Virus record (IMG/VR): IMGVR_UViG_3300020045_003177
Location: 1 to 27,677 of that record
Direction: 5' to 3' (one strand)
Source: a virus
Lineage: Duplodnaviria > Caudoviricetes
DNA length: 27,677 nt
Each line of letters starts with the position of its first letter. Position 1 is the first letter of the stretch. Below are positions 1 through 8,270 of the stretch, in pieces. Made by a program: the position numbers and the translations under genes. The notes under the pieces are model-generated. The model saw only the letters and a program-made list of their open reading frames with translations. It had not been told where the DNA came from and ran no database searches.

Positions 1-17
1 CTGGAAAGGTCTACAGT

Positions 18-1964
18 ATGAAAATTGGCCGCACTGATCTAGGTTATGATGATGATGGGTTGATCGGCGCAATCGCAGCAGGCCGCTATATCAGAGCCAG
101 GTACGGACTAAACGGAACGGTAACAGTAACACTCGATAGACTGTTCAAGTCATTACAGGCCGCTTATTGTGTAGGCATGGGTATTGAATCGGTTGGAGGG
201 GTTGAGTTTGTCAGGATTGAAGATATGATTCATTTCTTCAATAATACCGTTATTTTGAACGTTTCAAACCGGATTGCAGCCGAAACAATTGTAAAAGAAT
301 ACTATCCAGAATTAGCTTTTAATCGGATTATTGCCGGTTATAATGCGTTTGATTACGAAACTCTTGGTGGTATTTACGAATACAACACAGCAAATAAATA
401 CAGCACTTGTATAAAGCCGGTTGATAAGCAGCTTGAAATTGTTTCGCCATATCGTACTGATATGTCAGGGGTAATAAAGCTAATTAAAGAACCGGCAGAA
501 AATAGAGATGTACAGGGCGAAAGCGATATTTTTATACTTGATACTATTCGCGACGGTTCAAACTTCATTGTAAGGACTTCACAGGGTTTCACACAGGCAG
601 AAGCCGAAAGTAATACTGATGTTCTGTTAAACCTGATGTTAACACCGGCCAGAATCATACGCCGGTGGGGTTCGTTTCTTCGTGGATTTTTGGAAAAATA
701 TCTAACTTCTTCGCTTGTTTGGCAGACTTCCGACAAGAACACAAAGTTAAAGAGTACCGAAACAGGCGGAAGTGAAATAGTTGAAAACGCTTCAATATTG
801 GTTTCAACGCTAGCTAATCCGCTTTGGCATCCCGAGATATTTACTTTAGAAGTTCCGGCACTTGAAAATGATATTGAACTTATCAAATCGAACCCTTACG
901 GATTGATTCAAATTACATCAACTGAATACGGTTGGATATTAGACTACAAGAGTAAAAACGAAAACGGCAAAAGTGAATTTATACTTTTACGTTGTAATAC
1001 TGACTACGTTACTCCAGGCGGTTCGCCTGTTTACCCTGCATCAATTACTATCAACAAAACTATTACCGGATTTCCTGAAGATTTGGAAACTAAGTTTAGA
1101 GTTACAATACTCTCGAGCGGTGGCGGTTCGTACTACGATTTAACAATTACTCAGGGTGTTCCGCTTGTACTTACTAATGTCCCTTATGGCGATTATATTG
1201 TTACTGAAACATTCATTCCTGAAGGTTACGCGCTGACTTCAATAACCGGCGGAACGTTTACGATTGATAAAGATAATTTGCACTTTGTTGTTGATATTGT
1301 TAATATAAAATATGATTCAGTGAAGTACGGCGGATTGTATAATAATATGGCCGTTCGTGATGCAAGAGAAATAACAGCATCCGGTTATTCTGTAGCAACA
1401 AAAACAGATTTTGAAATATTACAAACCTACTTGGGCGGTGCTGCAATTTCAGGAGGTAAACTTAAAGAAACAGGTTTAATATATTGGAACACTCCAAACA
1501 CAGGTGCGACTAATGACTTTTTATTTAACTTTAAAGGCAACGGTCAAAGAGGGTCAAATGGGGTTTTTGATTCATTAAAAAATAGCGGGTACGTGTGGAC
1601 TGAAATTTATGCAGGGTACTTGGATAATTACTATCAATTCTATTGTACTTATAATTCCGCTGCATCTGTAGCTAATAGCGTAAAATCAGAGAAGTATGGA
1701 TTAGGGTTAAGAATAATTAAAGATACACCAACAGCAGCCGACTTACTTAAAGCAGACGGCCAGTCATGTGATCCTTACATTGATCCATCGGGATACGTTT
1801 ACGAAACTGTAAAAATCGGAACGCAGGTTTTTGTTAGATCAAACGTAAAAACAAAACATTACCGCAACGGTGATTCAATTCCTGTAGTTACCGACAACAC
1901 GGCATGGGCTGCATTAACGACCGGCGCAATATGTTACTACAACAACGATATAAACAACGCATAA
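18..1964 (+). CDS. Phage tail/adhesin-like structural protein, probably 5'-truncated by the window; contains a CnaB/SpaA-like Ig domain and a C-terminal circularly permuted FISUMP (Fib_succ_major) domain
   Basis: The frame is open back to the window start. Motifs TINKT...YIVTET...IVN (CnaB-like), then KYGGLYN...GGKLKETG..YWNTPNTGATN...LRIIKD and YETVKIGTQ...HYRNGDSIP...YYNND (FISUMP). Lies upstream of the lysis module. Confidence 0.75.
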   Translation: MKIGRTDLGYDDDGLIGAIAAGRYIRARYGLNGTVTVTLDRLFKSLQAAYCVGMGIESVGGVEFVRIEDMIHFFNNTVILNVSNRIAAETIVKEYYPELAFNRIIAGYNAFDYETLGGIYEYNTANKYSTCIKPVDKQLEIVSPYRTDMSGVIKLIKEPAENRDVQGESDIFILDTIRDGSNFIVRTSQGFTQAEAESNTDVLLNLMLTPARIIRRWGSFLRGFLEKYLTSSLVWQTSDKNTKLKSTETGGSEIVENASILVSTLANPLWHPEIFTLEVPALENDIELIKSNPYGLIQITSTEYGWILDYKSKNENGKSEFILLRCNTDYVTPGGSPVYPASITINKTITGFPEDLETKFRVTILSSGGGSYYDLTITQGVPLVLTNVPYGDYIVTETFIPEGYALTSITGGTFTIDKDNLHFVVDIVNIKYDSVKYGGLYNNMAVRDAREITASGYSVATKTDFEILQTYLGGAAISGGKLKETGLIYWNTPNTGATNDFLFNFKGNGQRGSNGVFDSLKNSGYVWTEIYAGYLDNYYQFYCTYNSAASVANSVKSEKYGLGLRIIKDTPTAADLLKADGQSCDPYIDPSGYVYETVKIGTQVFVRSNVKTKHYRNGDSIPVVTDNTAWAALTTGAICYYNNDINNA

Positions 1965-1965
1965 A

Positions 1966-2739
1966 ATGATAAACATCCCCATCGCTCAATCCCTCCGATT
2001 CAGGCCGATCAATAACGACCTTCCAAACTTCGACAATACATTCGCGGCTGATATTGACGGGTTTCCGTACGCCTTTACTCAGTATGTTAATCCTGAAACT
2101 ATACCGATACAAATAGTAACACCAGATGATAACGAATCATTGGCATACTTGGATTTGATTCATAACGGCACACGGACGCGAATAGTTGACGAATCAACGA
2201 CTTACATAGGGACGCTGAAATACAATACTTTCCCTGTTCTGTTGGGTAGCTATTCAGGCCAATGCTGCTACATGGAGGCATTCTTAGAAGTTAACGGAGG
2301 TGGTGAAGTACTTTCATACCGTTCTGAGCGGTTCAGTATATTGGAACAACCTAAATATTTGCGTTTGGATTGGTTCAATTCTGAAAACTCGTTTCAGATG
2401 GATTATTCAGCTGGGTTGGTTCATTCGATGTGGATTGATGCAAAACAATGGAAGCTACAGCCTGCCGGTGATGCTTCAATTTACATGAATCAAGGCGAAG
2501 TTGTTAAGTTAAAGGAAACAGTGCAGCGGGTTTTTCTGTTGGAATGTGAAGTTCCGTATTATATAGCTGAACAAATGGTTTTAGCAATGGCACACGATAG
2601 ATTTTATATCAATTCGATTGAATTTGTTACTGAGAAAAAGGCCACAATTACACAGTTAGGCCAGTCCGCTATGTATTCATTTTCGGCTGAGGTAAAGCAA
2701 AAGACTATAATCGGGTTGAACACTCACGACGTTGGATAG
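1966..2739 (+). CDS. Putative tail structural protein
   Basis: 257-aa ORF starting 1 nt after the upstream stop; beta-rich composition; tail-module position. Confidence 0.55.
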   Translation: MINIPIAQSLRFRPINNDLPNFDNTFAADIDGFPYAFTQYVNPETIPIQIVTPDDNESLAYLDLIHNGTRTRIVDESTTYIGTLKYNTFPVLLGSYSGQCCYMEAFLEVNGGGEVLSYRSERFSILEQPKYLRLDWFNSENSFQMDYSAGLVHSMWIDAKQWKLQPAGDASIYMNQGEVVKLKETVQRVFLLECEVPYYIAEQMVLAMAHDRFYINSIEFVTEKKATITQLGQSAMYSFSAEVKQKTIIGLNTHDVG

Positions 2740-2744
2740 TAATT

Positions 2745-2790
2745 TTATCAACAAATTGAGCAAAAGGTAAATAAGAACTTAAATTTGCAA
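2745..2790 (+). promoter_or_regulatory. Class II promoter: TTATCAACAAA (2745) and -7 box TAAATTTG (2780)
   Basis: Matches the Bacteroidota TAnnTTTG consensus; same architecture at 14117, 21047 and 22948. Confidence 0.65.
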
Positions 2791-2793
2791 TGA

Positions 2794-3234
2794 ATGGAAA
2801 CAAATCTGAAATATATAAACCTAATTTGCACCGATCTGGGCGGCGTTGGCGGGCATAATCTGAACATTGCAGGGGAAAATGAGATTTGCACTCTTTTAGG
2901 TGGCACCGGAGGGCATTTATTGGAAATCAACGCACTGAATGAAATATGCACTATTCAGGGAGTAACGGCTGGGCATTCGTTGAACTTGGCTGCGTTGAGT
3001 GCGATAGGTGATACAGCATACAGAACTAATTTGGAGGCGTGGAAAAACATTCAGGAAGGGACAGTTTTGAGCCTTCCGGATAATGCAGTTGTAACAACAG
3101 TAGGAGGTAATTATATTGTTTCGGTTGATGGAAAATTTATTTTAACAGTCGAAGGGTTTATTCCTTTAGATGCAATGAGGACATTAACAGGCGATCCAGT
3201 AGTAACAAAAAACAACGAATTTATAACAATTTAA
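2794..3234 (+). CDS. Hypothetical protein with three 20-aa Cys/His/Gly repeats, possibly virion-associated
   Basis: Repeats NLICTDLGGVGGHNLNIAGE / NEICTLLGGTGGHLLEINAL / NEICTIQGVTAGHSLNLAAL. Confidence 0.65.
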   Translation: METNLKYINLICTDLGGVGGHNLNIAGENEICTLLGGTGGHLLEINALNEICTIQGVTAGHSLNLAALSAIGDTAYRTNLEAWKNIQEGTVLSLPDNAVVTTVGGNYIVSVDGKFILTVEGFIPLDAMRTLTGDPVVTKNNEFITI

Positions 3235-3246
3235 AAACTTAAAATC

Positions 3247-3792
3247 ATGCCAAACGTACCAATAGTAACAGAAGTAACAAAAGCTGAATTAGATGCACTT
3301 GTAGCAGCCAATGGGCTTAATGAAGGCTTGCAGTATAAAGTAACTGACAAAGGGTGGTTACTTGTAGCAACATCAAATAATACATTAAAAGCGGCATCGG
3401 GAACAATTAATACAATTAATGAATTATTACCTACATATATTGACGCGGATATTGTAATTATTGATACAGGAGTAATTACTGATGCGCTAAGTCTTTTCGA
3501 GATTAAAAGACGTAATGACTTTGTTTTCTCATCTATGTTTATTGATAATCAAGGAGGAGCATTTGATCTTTTAACATTAGTAGATGCTCAGAATGAATTT
3601 GATTTATGTGCTATCCAACCATTAGATTCAGCATGTAAATATTTCACATCAGCATCTGGCATACTGCTGACTAATGGTCAAGCTGTAGATACTTCAAAAA
3701 AAATATACGAAGGATTTTATTTTTTAAACTCTGATCCAATCGGAAATAAAACTATTCGTGCGAAAATAGAGTTAAAAAGAATGTTGTTTTAG
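3247..3792 (+). CDS. Hypothetical protein, possible tail fibre/receptor-binding accessory
   Basis: 181-aa ORF with an A-rich leader; N-terminus VTKAELDALVAANGLNEGLQYKVTD resembles short N-terminal anchor segments of phage fibre proteins; AT-rich codon usage. Confidence 0.55.
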   Translation: MPNVPIVTEVTKAELDALVAANGLNEGLQYKVTDKGWLLVATSNNTLKAASGTINTINELLPTYIDADIVIIDTGVITDALSLFEIKRRNDFVFSSMFIDNQGGAFDLLTLVDAQNEFDLCAIQPLDSACKYFTSASGILLTNGQAVDTSKKIYEGFYFLNSDPIGNKTIRAKIELKRMLF

Positions 3793-3809
3793 CTCAACAA
3801 GGGAACGAC

Positions 3810-4145
3810 ATGAAACTTTTAACCGCCATACTACTACTCATAACCCTGACCACAACGGCACAGACTTACAACCTATCGCAAATGTCAGCATGTCAGGTTA
3901 AACGTGGCGAAATGATAGGCCGTGCAGTTCAGAACGATGTGGGCGATATAGTAAAGTTCTCAATCAAATCAGATCCGACAAGATGCCTGGATATTGACAA
4001 ACAAAGCCGGATAATCATAGCGAACGAAAAGCGATGGAACAAACTACCGGAAGGACTTTATATAGCTCATATCCAACTGAAGCACGGAAAAGATTCATTT
4101 ATTGCGACTGTTAAAGTTTACAAACGATGCACGATGAACCGCTGA
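3810..4145 (+). CDS. Secreted protein (Sec signal peptide), possible cadherin/Ig-like fold
   Basis: MKLLTAILLLITLTTTA|QTY signal peptide with Gln at +1; GEMIGRAVQNDVGDIVKFSI...LDID loosely resembles cadherin-like repeats. Confidence 0.55.
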   Translation: MKLLTAILLLITLTTTAQTYNLSQMSACQVKRGEMIGRAVQNDVGDIVKFSIKSDPTRCLDIDKQSRIIIANEKRWNKLPEGLYIAHIQLKHGKDSFIATVKVYKRCTMNR

Positions 4146-4441
4146 CAATACCGGAAGCACAACAGGCCAGAATTGAAGTCGAAAGGCTGGGAGGGTGGCA
4201 AGTTATCGGATGGGTTCAGGATTCAGGATGGGAAGCGGTGGTTAATATGGGCAAAGAGTGGGGGCGGATATTAGAGGACGGGACAATGCGAATAAACGGA
4301 GAAATGGTGCAAGATAAATCAAAGGCTTTGACGTTGGAGTATTCGGGGATGTGGGGTGTTGGTTGGGAAGTTGAGGCACAACCGATGGCGGTATTGAAGC
4401 ATAAAGTGTATCGTAAACATAAATACTTAACTAACTTGTAA
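4127..4441 (+). CDS. Hypothetical protein (Trp/Gly-rich)
   Basis: 104-aa ORF overlapping the upstream stop and ending just before the holin-like gene. Confidence 0.5.
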   Translation: MHDEPLTIPEAQQARIEVERLGGWQVIGWVQDSGWEAVVNMGKEWGRILEDGTMRINGEMVQDKSKALTLEYSGMWGVGWEVEAQPMAVLKHKVYRKHKYLTNL

Positions 4442-4445
4442 GACT

Positions 4446-4688
4446 ATGGCACGGGGATTCCTTGAAGATTCGAAAGGCAACAAATCAAACAGCCGGTTAA
4501 TTGGTGATGTTTTGATTGGGTTTGCAATAGTAGTTTCAATCGCATTTATTGTGATTAAAATTGTTAAGCCTTCAATTGATTTGATTAATTTAGCACAGGC
4601 GATTGGGTTGCTGTTTGGAACGGTTACGGGTTTAGCCCTGACATTTCTCGGATTTCAAAAACGGACTGAAAACAAAGAACAGTTATGA
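4446..4688 (+). CDS. Putative holin
   Basis: 80 aa, two hydrophobic segments, charged C-terminus, upstream of the endolysin candidate. Confidence 0.6.
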   Translation: MARGFLEDSKGNKSNSRLIGDVLIGFAIVVSIAFIVIKIVKPSIDLINLAQAIGLLFGTVTGLALTFLGFQKRTENKEQL

Positions 4689-5023
4689 CAGATCACGTAC
4701 ACGACATAGTTATGGATCAGGTACATGATTTATTTACAAAATATAAATCAGCACTGATTAAAAATGTTATTACTATTAATCTTTCCGTATTGGCTATATT
4801 AATCACTATTTTTAGCCTTGTACTTTCGAGCATAGATACTAAGTTAGATAAAATTATAACGATTGCAGTAAGTGACGGGCAACAGGATGTTAAGATCGAA
4901 ACAATTAACAGCACTTTGTTCCGGCATGATAACGAAATAAATGAACTTAAATTACAACTTCATAAATTTGAAGCAATAATCAGAGAAGAAAAACCCTTAA
5001 AAGATCATTCAAATGGAAATTAG
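4685..5023 (+). CDS. Single-TM coiled-coil membrane protein (holin/antiholin-like)
   Basis: ATGA overlap; one TM segment (VITINLSVLAILITIFSLVL) followed by a heptad-like region; lysis module. Confidence 0.5.
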   Translation: MTDHVHDIVMDQVHDLFTKYKSALIKNVITINLSVLAILITIFSLVLSSIDTKLDKIITIAVSDGQQDVKIETINSTLFRHDNEINELKLQLHKFEAIIREEKPLKDHSNGN

Positions 5024-5171
5024 CGTAATATGTAAAGCCTGCCAGTTCGGACCATGCAAGTTAGGTGATTTAGCACACAACTGTCAATCAACCGTTAAAC
5101 CGGCAAACGTTTACACCGTGCAGGATATGGTAAACTTTCAAATGGTGCAAATCTTAAAGGCACAGGAATGA
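5013..5171 (+). CDS. Small Cys-rich protein (52 aa), not in the ORF track
   Basis: MEISVICKACQFGPCKLGDLAHNCQ...ILKAQE*; fills the gap exactly, and its TGA overlaps the next ATG (ATGA). Confidence 0.55.
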   Translation: MEISVICKACQFGPCKLGDLAHNCQSTVKPANVYTVQDMVNFQMVQILKAQE

Positions 5172-5563
5172 AACTCGAACTTAAACGCAAGGCACTCCGC
5201 GAAACCTACACGATAGGCCGTTTATATATTGACGGTGATGGATTTTGCGACACATTAGAGGACAAAGTAAGGCCGGACGGTGTAAAGATTTGGGGCGAAA
5301 CTGCAATACCGGCAGGAACGTACAAAGTCATTATAACCGAATCAGCACGATTTAAGAGGCGTTTGCCGTTGTTGGTTGACGTTCCAATGTTTGAAGGAAT
5401 TCGCATCCACCCAGGTAATACGGCAGTTGATACGCACGGTTGCATTTTGGTTGGAGTTAACAGCGTGAAAGGTAAAGTAACACAAAGTCAGTCCACGTTT
5501 AAGAAGTTATTTGCGTTGATGGAAAAGGCTGAAGATATCACTATTGAAATAAGGAACCCATGA
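5168..5563 (+). CDS. DUF5675-family putative endolysin (L,D-transpeptidase-like His/Cys motif)
   Basis: Motifs YTIGRLYIDG..FCDTLE, GETAIPAGTY and GIRIHPGNT..DTHGCILVG; flanked by holin-like and spanin-like genes. Confidence 0.8.
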   Translation: MKLELKRKALRETYTIGRLYIDGDGFCDTLEDKVRPDGVKIWGETAIPAGTYKVIITESARFKRRLPLLVDVPMFEGIRIHPGNTAVDTHGCILVGVNSVKGKVTQSQSTFKKLFALMEKAEDITIEIRNP

Positions 5564-6258
5564 AAAAATACATTCCCCACTTCATTATTGCATCGTTACT
5601 CATAACGATAGTAGTATTATTCACTACATGGAACGCACAGCAATCAAAACAACGCCGTGCAATCAGTGATTCAGTGCTACAAATAGAGCGACTGAACACA
5701 CAATTAGCCATTGATTCAACCGTAATTAGCGGCAAAGATTCGATCTATCATAAACTGATTTCCGTTGCACGTGAATCAGAGAAAGCACGAAGGCAATTGA
5801 AGCGGGAAAACTCACAGATACTAACAGCACTTGAAGCCGAACGGGCGCGGGTGCAAGAGTTGAACGATTCTGAGGCAGTAGGGTGGTTCCTGGATTCAAA
5901 CGGGGCGGAACATTATCCGGTCGTTAAGTATGATTCAGGCTATATCATTCCGCTTGATGTAATTCAATCGGCTAATATGACCGCCGTAGACGCGCGCGGG
6001 TTGGCTGAGTTAAACGTTAACCTGTTGCAACAGGTAACAGGCTTAGAAGGTGAGTTAAGCGGCTGTAACGAAGCATTAAAGAACCGTAATGAAGTGATTG
6101 ATGTACTGAATCACAGTTCAGGCGTAAAGGATAAACAGATTGCGGAGGCATTGGCACAGGTGCAGTCCGCTGATAAGATCGCACGAAAGGAAAAAGGTAA
6201 GCGTATCTTGTGGCAGGGTATTGCCGGAGTTGCTGCGATACTTGGTGGCGTGTTTTAG
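5560..6258 (+). CDS. Putative spanin-like membrane coiled-coil protein
   Basis: N-terminal TM, long coiled-coil region, hydrophobic C-terminus; last gene of the lysis module. Confidence 0.55.
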   Translation: MKKYIPHFIIASLLITIVVLFTTWNAQQSKQRRAISDSVLQIERLNTQLAIDSTVISGKDSIYHKLISVARESEKARRQLKRENSQILTALEAERARVQELNDSEAVGWFLDSNGAEHYPVVKYDSGYIIPLDVIQSANMTAVDARGLAELNVNLLQQVTGLEGELSGCNEALKNRNEVIDVLNHSSGVKDKQIAEALAQVQSADKIARKEKGKRILWQGIAGVAAILGGVF

Positions 6259-6284
6259 TTGGTTTAGTTGGTTGTTGTGTGTTG

Positions 6285-6318
6285 CCCCGTCCGGTTGTGG
6301 TTTTCCGGCGGGGTTTTT
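6285..6318 (+). terminator. Rho-independent terminator ending the late/lysis operon
   Basis: CCCCGTCCGG...CCGGCGGGG stem followed by TTTTT. Confidence 0.75.
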
Positions 6319-6320
6319 CG

Positions 6321-6419
6321 TTGATATATGTCAATGGTAAGTAGAATAAATCTCAATATGATAGTGTATAAATGTCATCGGTGTTAATGTCGAATGTATA
6401 TACAATTGTATTAATTTAG
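6321..6419 (+). promoter_or_regulatory. Class I promoter: three boxes at a 22-bp period (6321, 6343, 6365), TGTATATACA palindrome, -7 box TAATTTAG (6412)
   Basis: Same architecture and spacing recur at 7664, 11640 and 18031. Confidence 0.7.
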
Positions 6420-6444
6420 CATCTACAAACTAATACTAAAAGCT

Positions 6445-6630
6445 ATGAATCCACATATAGAAAAATTCCAAAAACAGCAAATCGAAAGATGTGCTTTCAT
6501 AAAGAATAAAGCTAATGATAGGATTATCAATTTAGAATCTGAAATAGCAAAATTAAAGGAACAGATTAAAATTGAAAAGGCTATAATAAAGGAAGCAAAT
6601 ACAGACATAGAACATTATTCAGATTTATAA
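6445..6630 (+). CDS. Small coiled-coil hypothetical protein
   Basis: First ORF after the class I promoter; A-rich leader. Confidence 0.55.
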   Translation: MNPHIEKFQKQQIERCAFIKNKANDRIINLESEIAKLKEQIKIEKAIIKEANTDIEHYSDL

Positions 6631-6670
6631 ACCAAACAGCTTCGCCCACCGGCTACACGGGGCAAACCAA

Positions 6671-7144
6671 ATGAACAAAAGTATATTAAAATCACTATTG
6701 AAACAAGGATTTTCGAAAGAAAATATCCGACGTGCCGACCTGAGCGGTGCCAACCTGATCGGTTCCGACCTGAGCGGTGCCAACCTGAGACGTGCCGACC
6801 TGAGACGTGTAATTATAAATTATTTAACAAATAATTTCAATATTGCTTGCCCAGAAGAAGGTGAATTTATAGGGTACAAAAAGGCAAAAGGCAAAATTAT
6901 AACAATAAAAGTTCATGCCGATTCATTAAGGAGTTCAGCAACAACTTCAAAATGTAGGTGCAATAAAGCTACTGTTATAGATATAGAAGGAGGCGAAAGC
7001 GTATTTTCTGATTATGATAGTAGTTTTATTTATGAAATAGGTAAAACTGTTAAGGTTGTAGATTTTGATACAAACAGATGGAACGAATGCAGCACCGGTA
7101 TTCACTTTTTTATGAACAAAGAAAACGCTAAAACATACAATTAG
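6671..7144 (+). CDS. Pentapeptide-repeat protein with DUF5758-like C-terminal domain
   Basis: ADLSG ANLIG SDLSG ANLRR ADLRR repeats, then CPEEGEFIGYKK...RSSATTSKCRC...RWNECSTGIHFF. Confidence 0.8.
   Translation: MNKSILKSLLKQGFSKENIRRADLSGANLIGSDLSGANLRRADLRRVIINYLTNNFNIACPEEGEFIGYKKAKGKIITIKVHADSLRSSATTSKCRCNKATVIDIEGGESVFSDYDSSFIYEIGKTVKVVDFDTNRWNECSTGIHFFMNKENAKTYN
6728..6809 (+). repeat. GC-rich 15-bp tandem repeat encoding the pentapeptide units
   Basis: About 5 imperfect copies such as gccgacctgagcggt / gccaacctgatcggt inside an otherwise AT-rich gene. Confidence 0.8.
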
Positions 7145-7146
7145 CC

Positions 7147-7419
7147 ATGAAACAAATCAACATCAAGTTAGAACAATGCCAGATCGATCACCTAAAAACG
7201 GTCGGTAACAGGTCGGAATATGTAAGGCGACTGATTGAACAGGATAGCAATAAGATATGCCGGTTTAAATACGCCGCTGATCTTATTACTGAAATGTGCA
7301 TCAAGGCAATGCGCGAGAAAACCGAATTAGAAATTATCTCGATGCTTGGGATTATGTTAGCCGGGCAAATGTCGGGGAGTGATCAACTTGAAACGATTAT
7401 GGGGAGGGTTGGGAAATGA
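7147..7419 (+). CDS. Putative ribbon-helix-helix (CopG/Arc-like) transcription regulator
   Basis: N-terminal beta strand KQINIKL, a helix, then NRSEYVRRLI, the typical RHH pattern. Confidence 0.65.
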   Translation: MKQINIKLEQCQIDHLKTVGNRSEYVRRLIEQDSNKICRFKYAADLITEMCIKAMREKTELEIISMLGIMLAGQMSGSDQLETIMGRVGK

Positions 7420-7667
7420 GCTACGGATTAGACTACAACGGGGGGCCGTATCACGTTGGCAAATGCCCAGAATGTGGAGCATCAAACGGAGACTGCACCG
7501 ATGGAATATGTGAAGATTGCTTTGCCGATATGCCGGTATTGTGCCATCAATGCGGCACCCATTACCCACCAGATGAAATGTGCGGCTCAATCTGCAAAGT
7601 ATGTTATGACTGGGAACGGAACGGCAAAATGGAAGAGGTAGAGAGTGTTTGGAGTGCGGAACATTGA
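7416..7667 (+). CDS. Cys-rich zinc-finger-like protein
   Basis: CPEC, CEDC, CHQC and CKVC motifs; ATGA overlap. Confidence 0.6.
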   Translation: MSYGLDYNGGPYHVGKCPECGASNGDCTDGICEDCFADMPVLCHQCGTHYPPDEMCGSICKVCYDWERNGKMEEVESVWSAEH

Positions 7668-7740
7668 TAAGTATCAATAGTAATAAGGATAAATGTCAAC
7701 GGTTAATTTAACCATAGTATATACAAATAGCTTAATTTAG
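7664..7740 (+). promoter_or_regulatory. Class I promoter: TTGATAAGTATCAA, second box at +22, GTATATAC, -7 box TAATTTAG (7733)
   Basis: Spacing identical to 6365-6419. Confidence 0.7.
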
Positions 7741-7763
7741 AGGAAAATTTAAAACCACAAAAT

Positions 7764-8270
7764 ATGCCACACTTCAGAGAATTTATCGATCCAAACTTCC
7801 TTTGTAATCTGGACTTTCTGGATGACAATGGAACGTATCAACGCAAAACGGTAACCATTACCGGCGTTACAAAAGAAGAAATACACAATGGAAAAGGCGG
7901 TAGTGAATTAGTTGCAACCGTTCACCTTGCAGAAACAAAGCCTTTTGTACTCAGCAAAAAGAACCTAAAAACATTGGTTCGGATTACACGCAAAATAAAT
8001 ACAGACGCATGGAAAGGTGTTCGGATAGAATTGTTTATAGCCGAAAATCAAAAGGCGTTCGGTAATATTTTCGATGTTATACGTGTAACTGAGAAACTAC
8101 CTGCACCAGCGAAAACTATCGACTATTCACAGCAGGAAAAAATGCTACGTGAATGTAAAACTATTACTGATCTGCAAACTATTTATACCGGATTCAGTGT
8201 AGATCAAAAGAATGGAACAGTATCAGTTAAGGAAGAAATGAAAGCCAAGTTAACACCCAAAGCCGTATGA
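7764..8270 (+). CDS. Hypothetical recombination-associated protein (possible annealing/SSB-type partner of the exonuclease)
   Basis: 168-aa ORF coupled to the YqaJ-like exonuclease; function inferred from context only. Confidence 0.5.
   Translation: MPHFREFIDPNFLCNLDFLDDNGTYQRKTVTITGVTKEEIHNGKGGSELVATVHLAETKPFVLSKKNLKTLVRITRKINTDAWKGVRIELFIAENQKAFGNIFDVIRVTEKLPAPAKTIDYSQQEKMLRECKTITDLQTIYTGFSVDQKNGTVSVKEEMKAKLTPKAV

Noticed and set aside
374-886. Minus-strand ORFs in the track (e.g. 374-886, 9358-9867, 20266-20646, 25421-25633)
   Set aside because: All lie antisense to well-supported + strand genes and have shadow-frame composition with no motifs
1320-1964. Diversity-generating retroelement targeting the FISUMP/lectin-like domain
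   Set aside because: No reverse transcriptase and no second near-copy (template repeat) of this region was seen in the window; one elsewhere in the genome cannot be excluded
6017-6340. Overlapping ORFs 6017-6334 (-) and 6140-6340 (+) as an embedded o-spanin
   Set aside because: No lipobox signal peptide, and both run through the terminator hairpin
6728-6809. 15-bp tandem repeat as a CRISPR array or VNTR regulator
   Set aside because: No spacers; fully explained by the pentapeptide repeat coding
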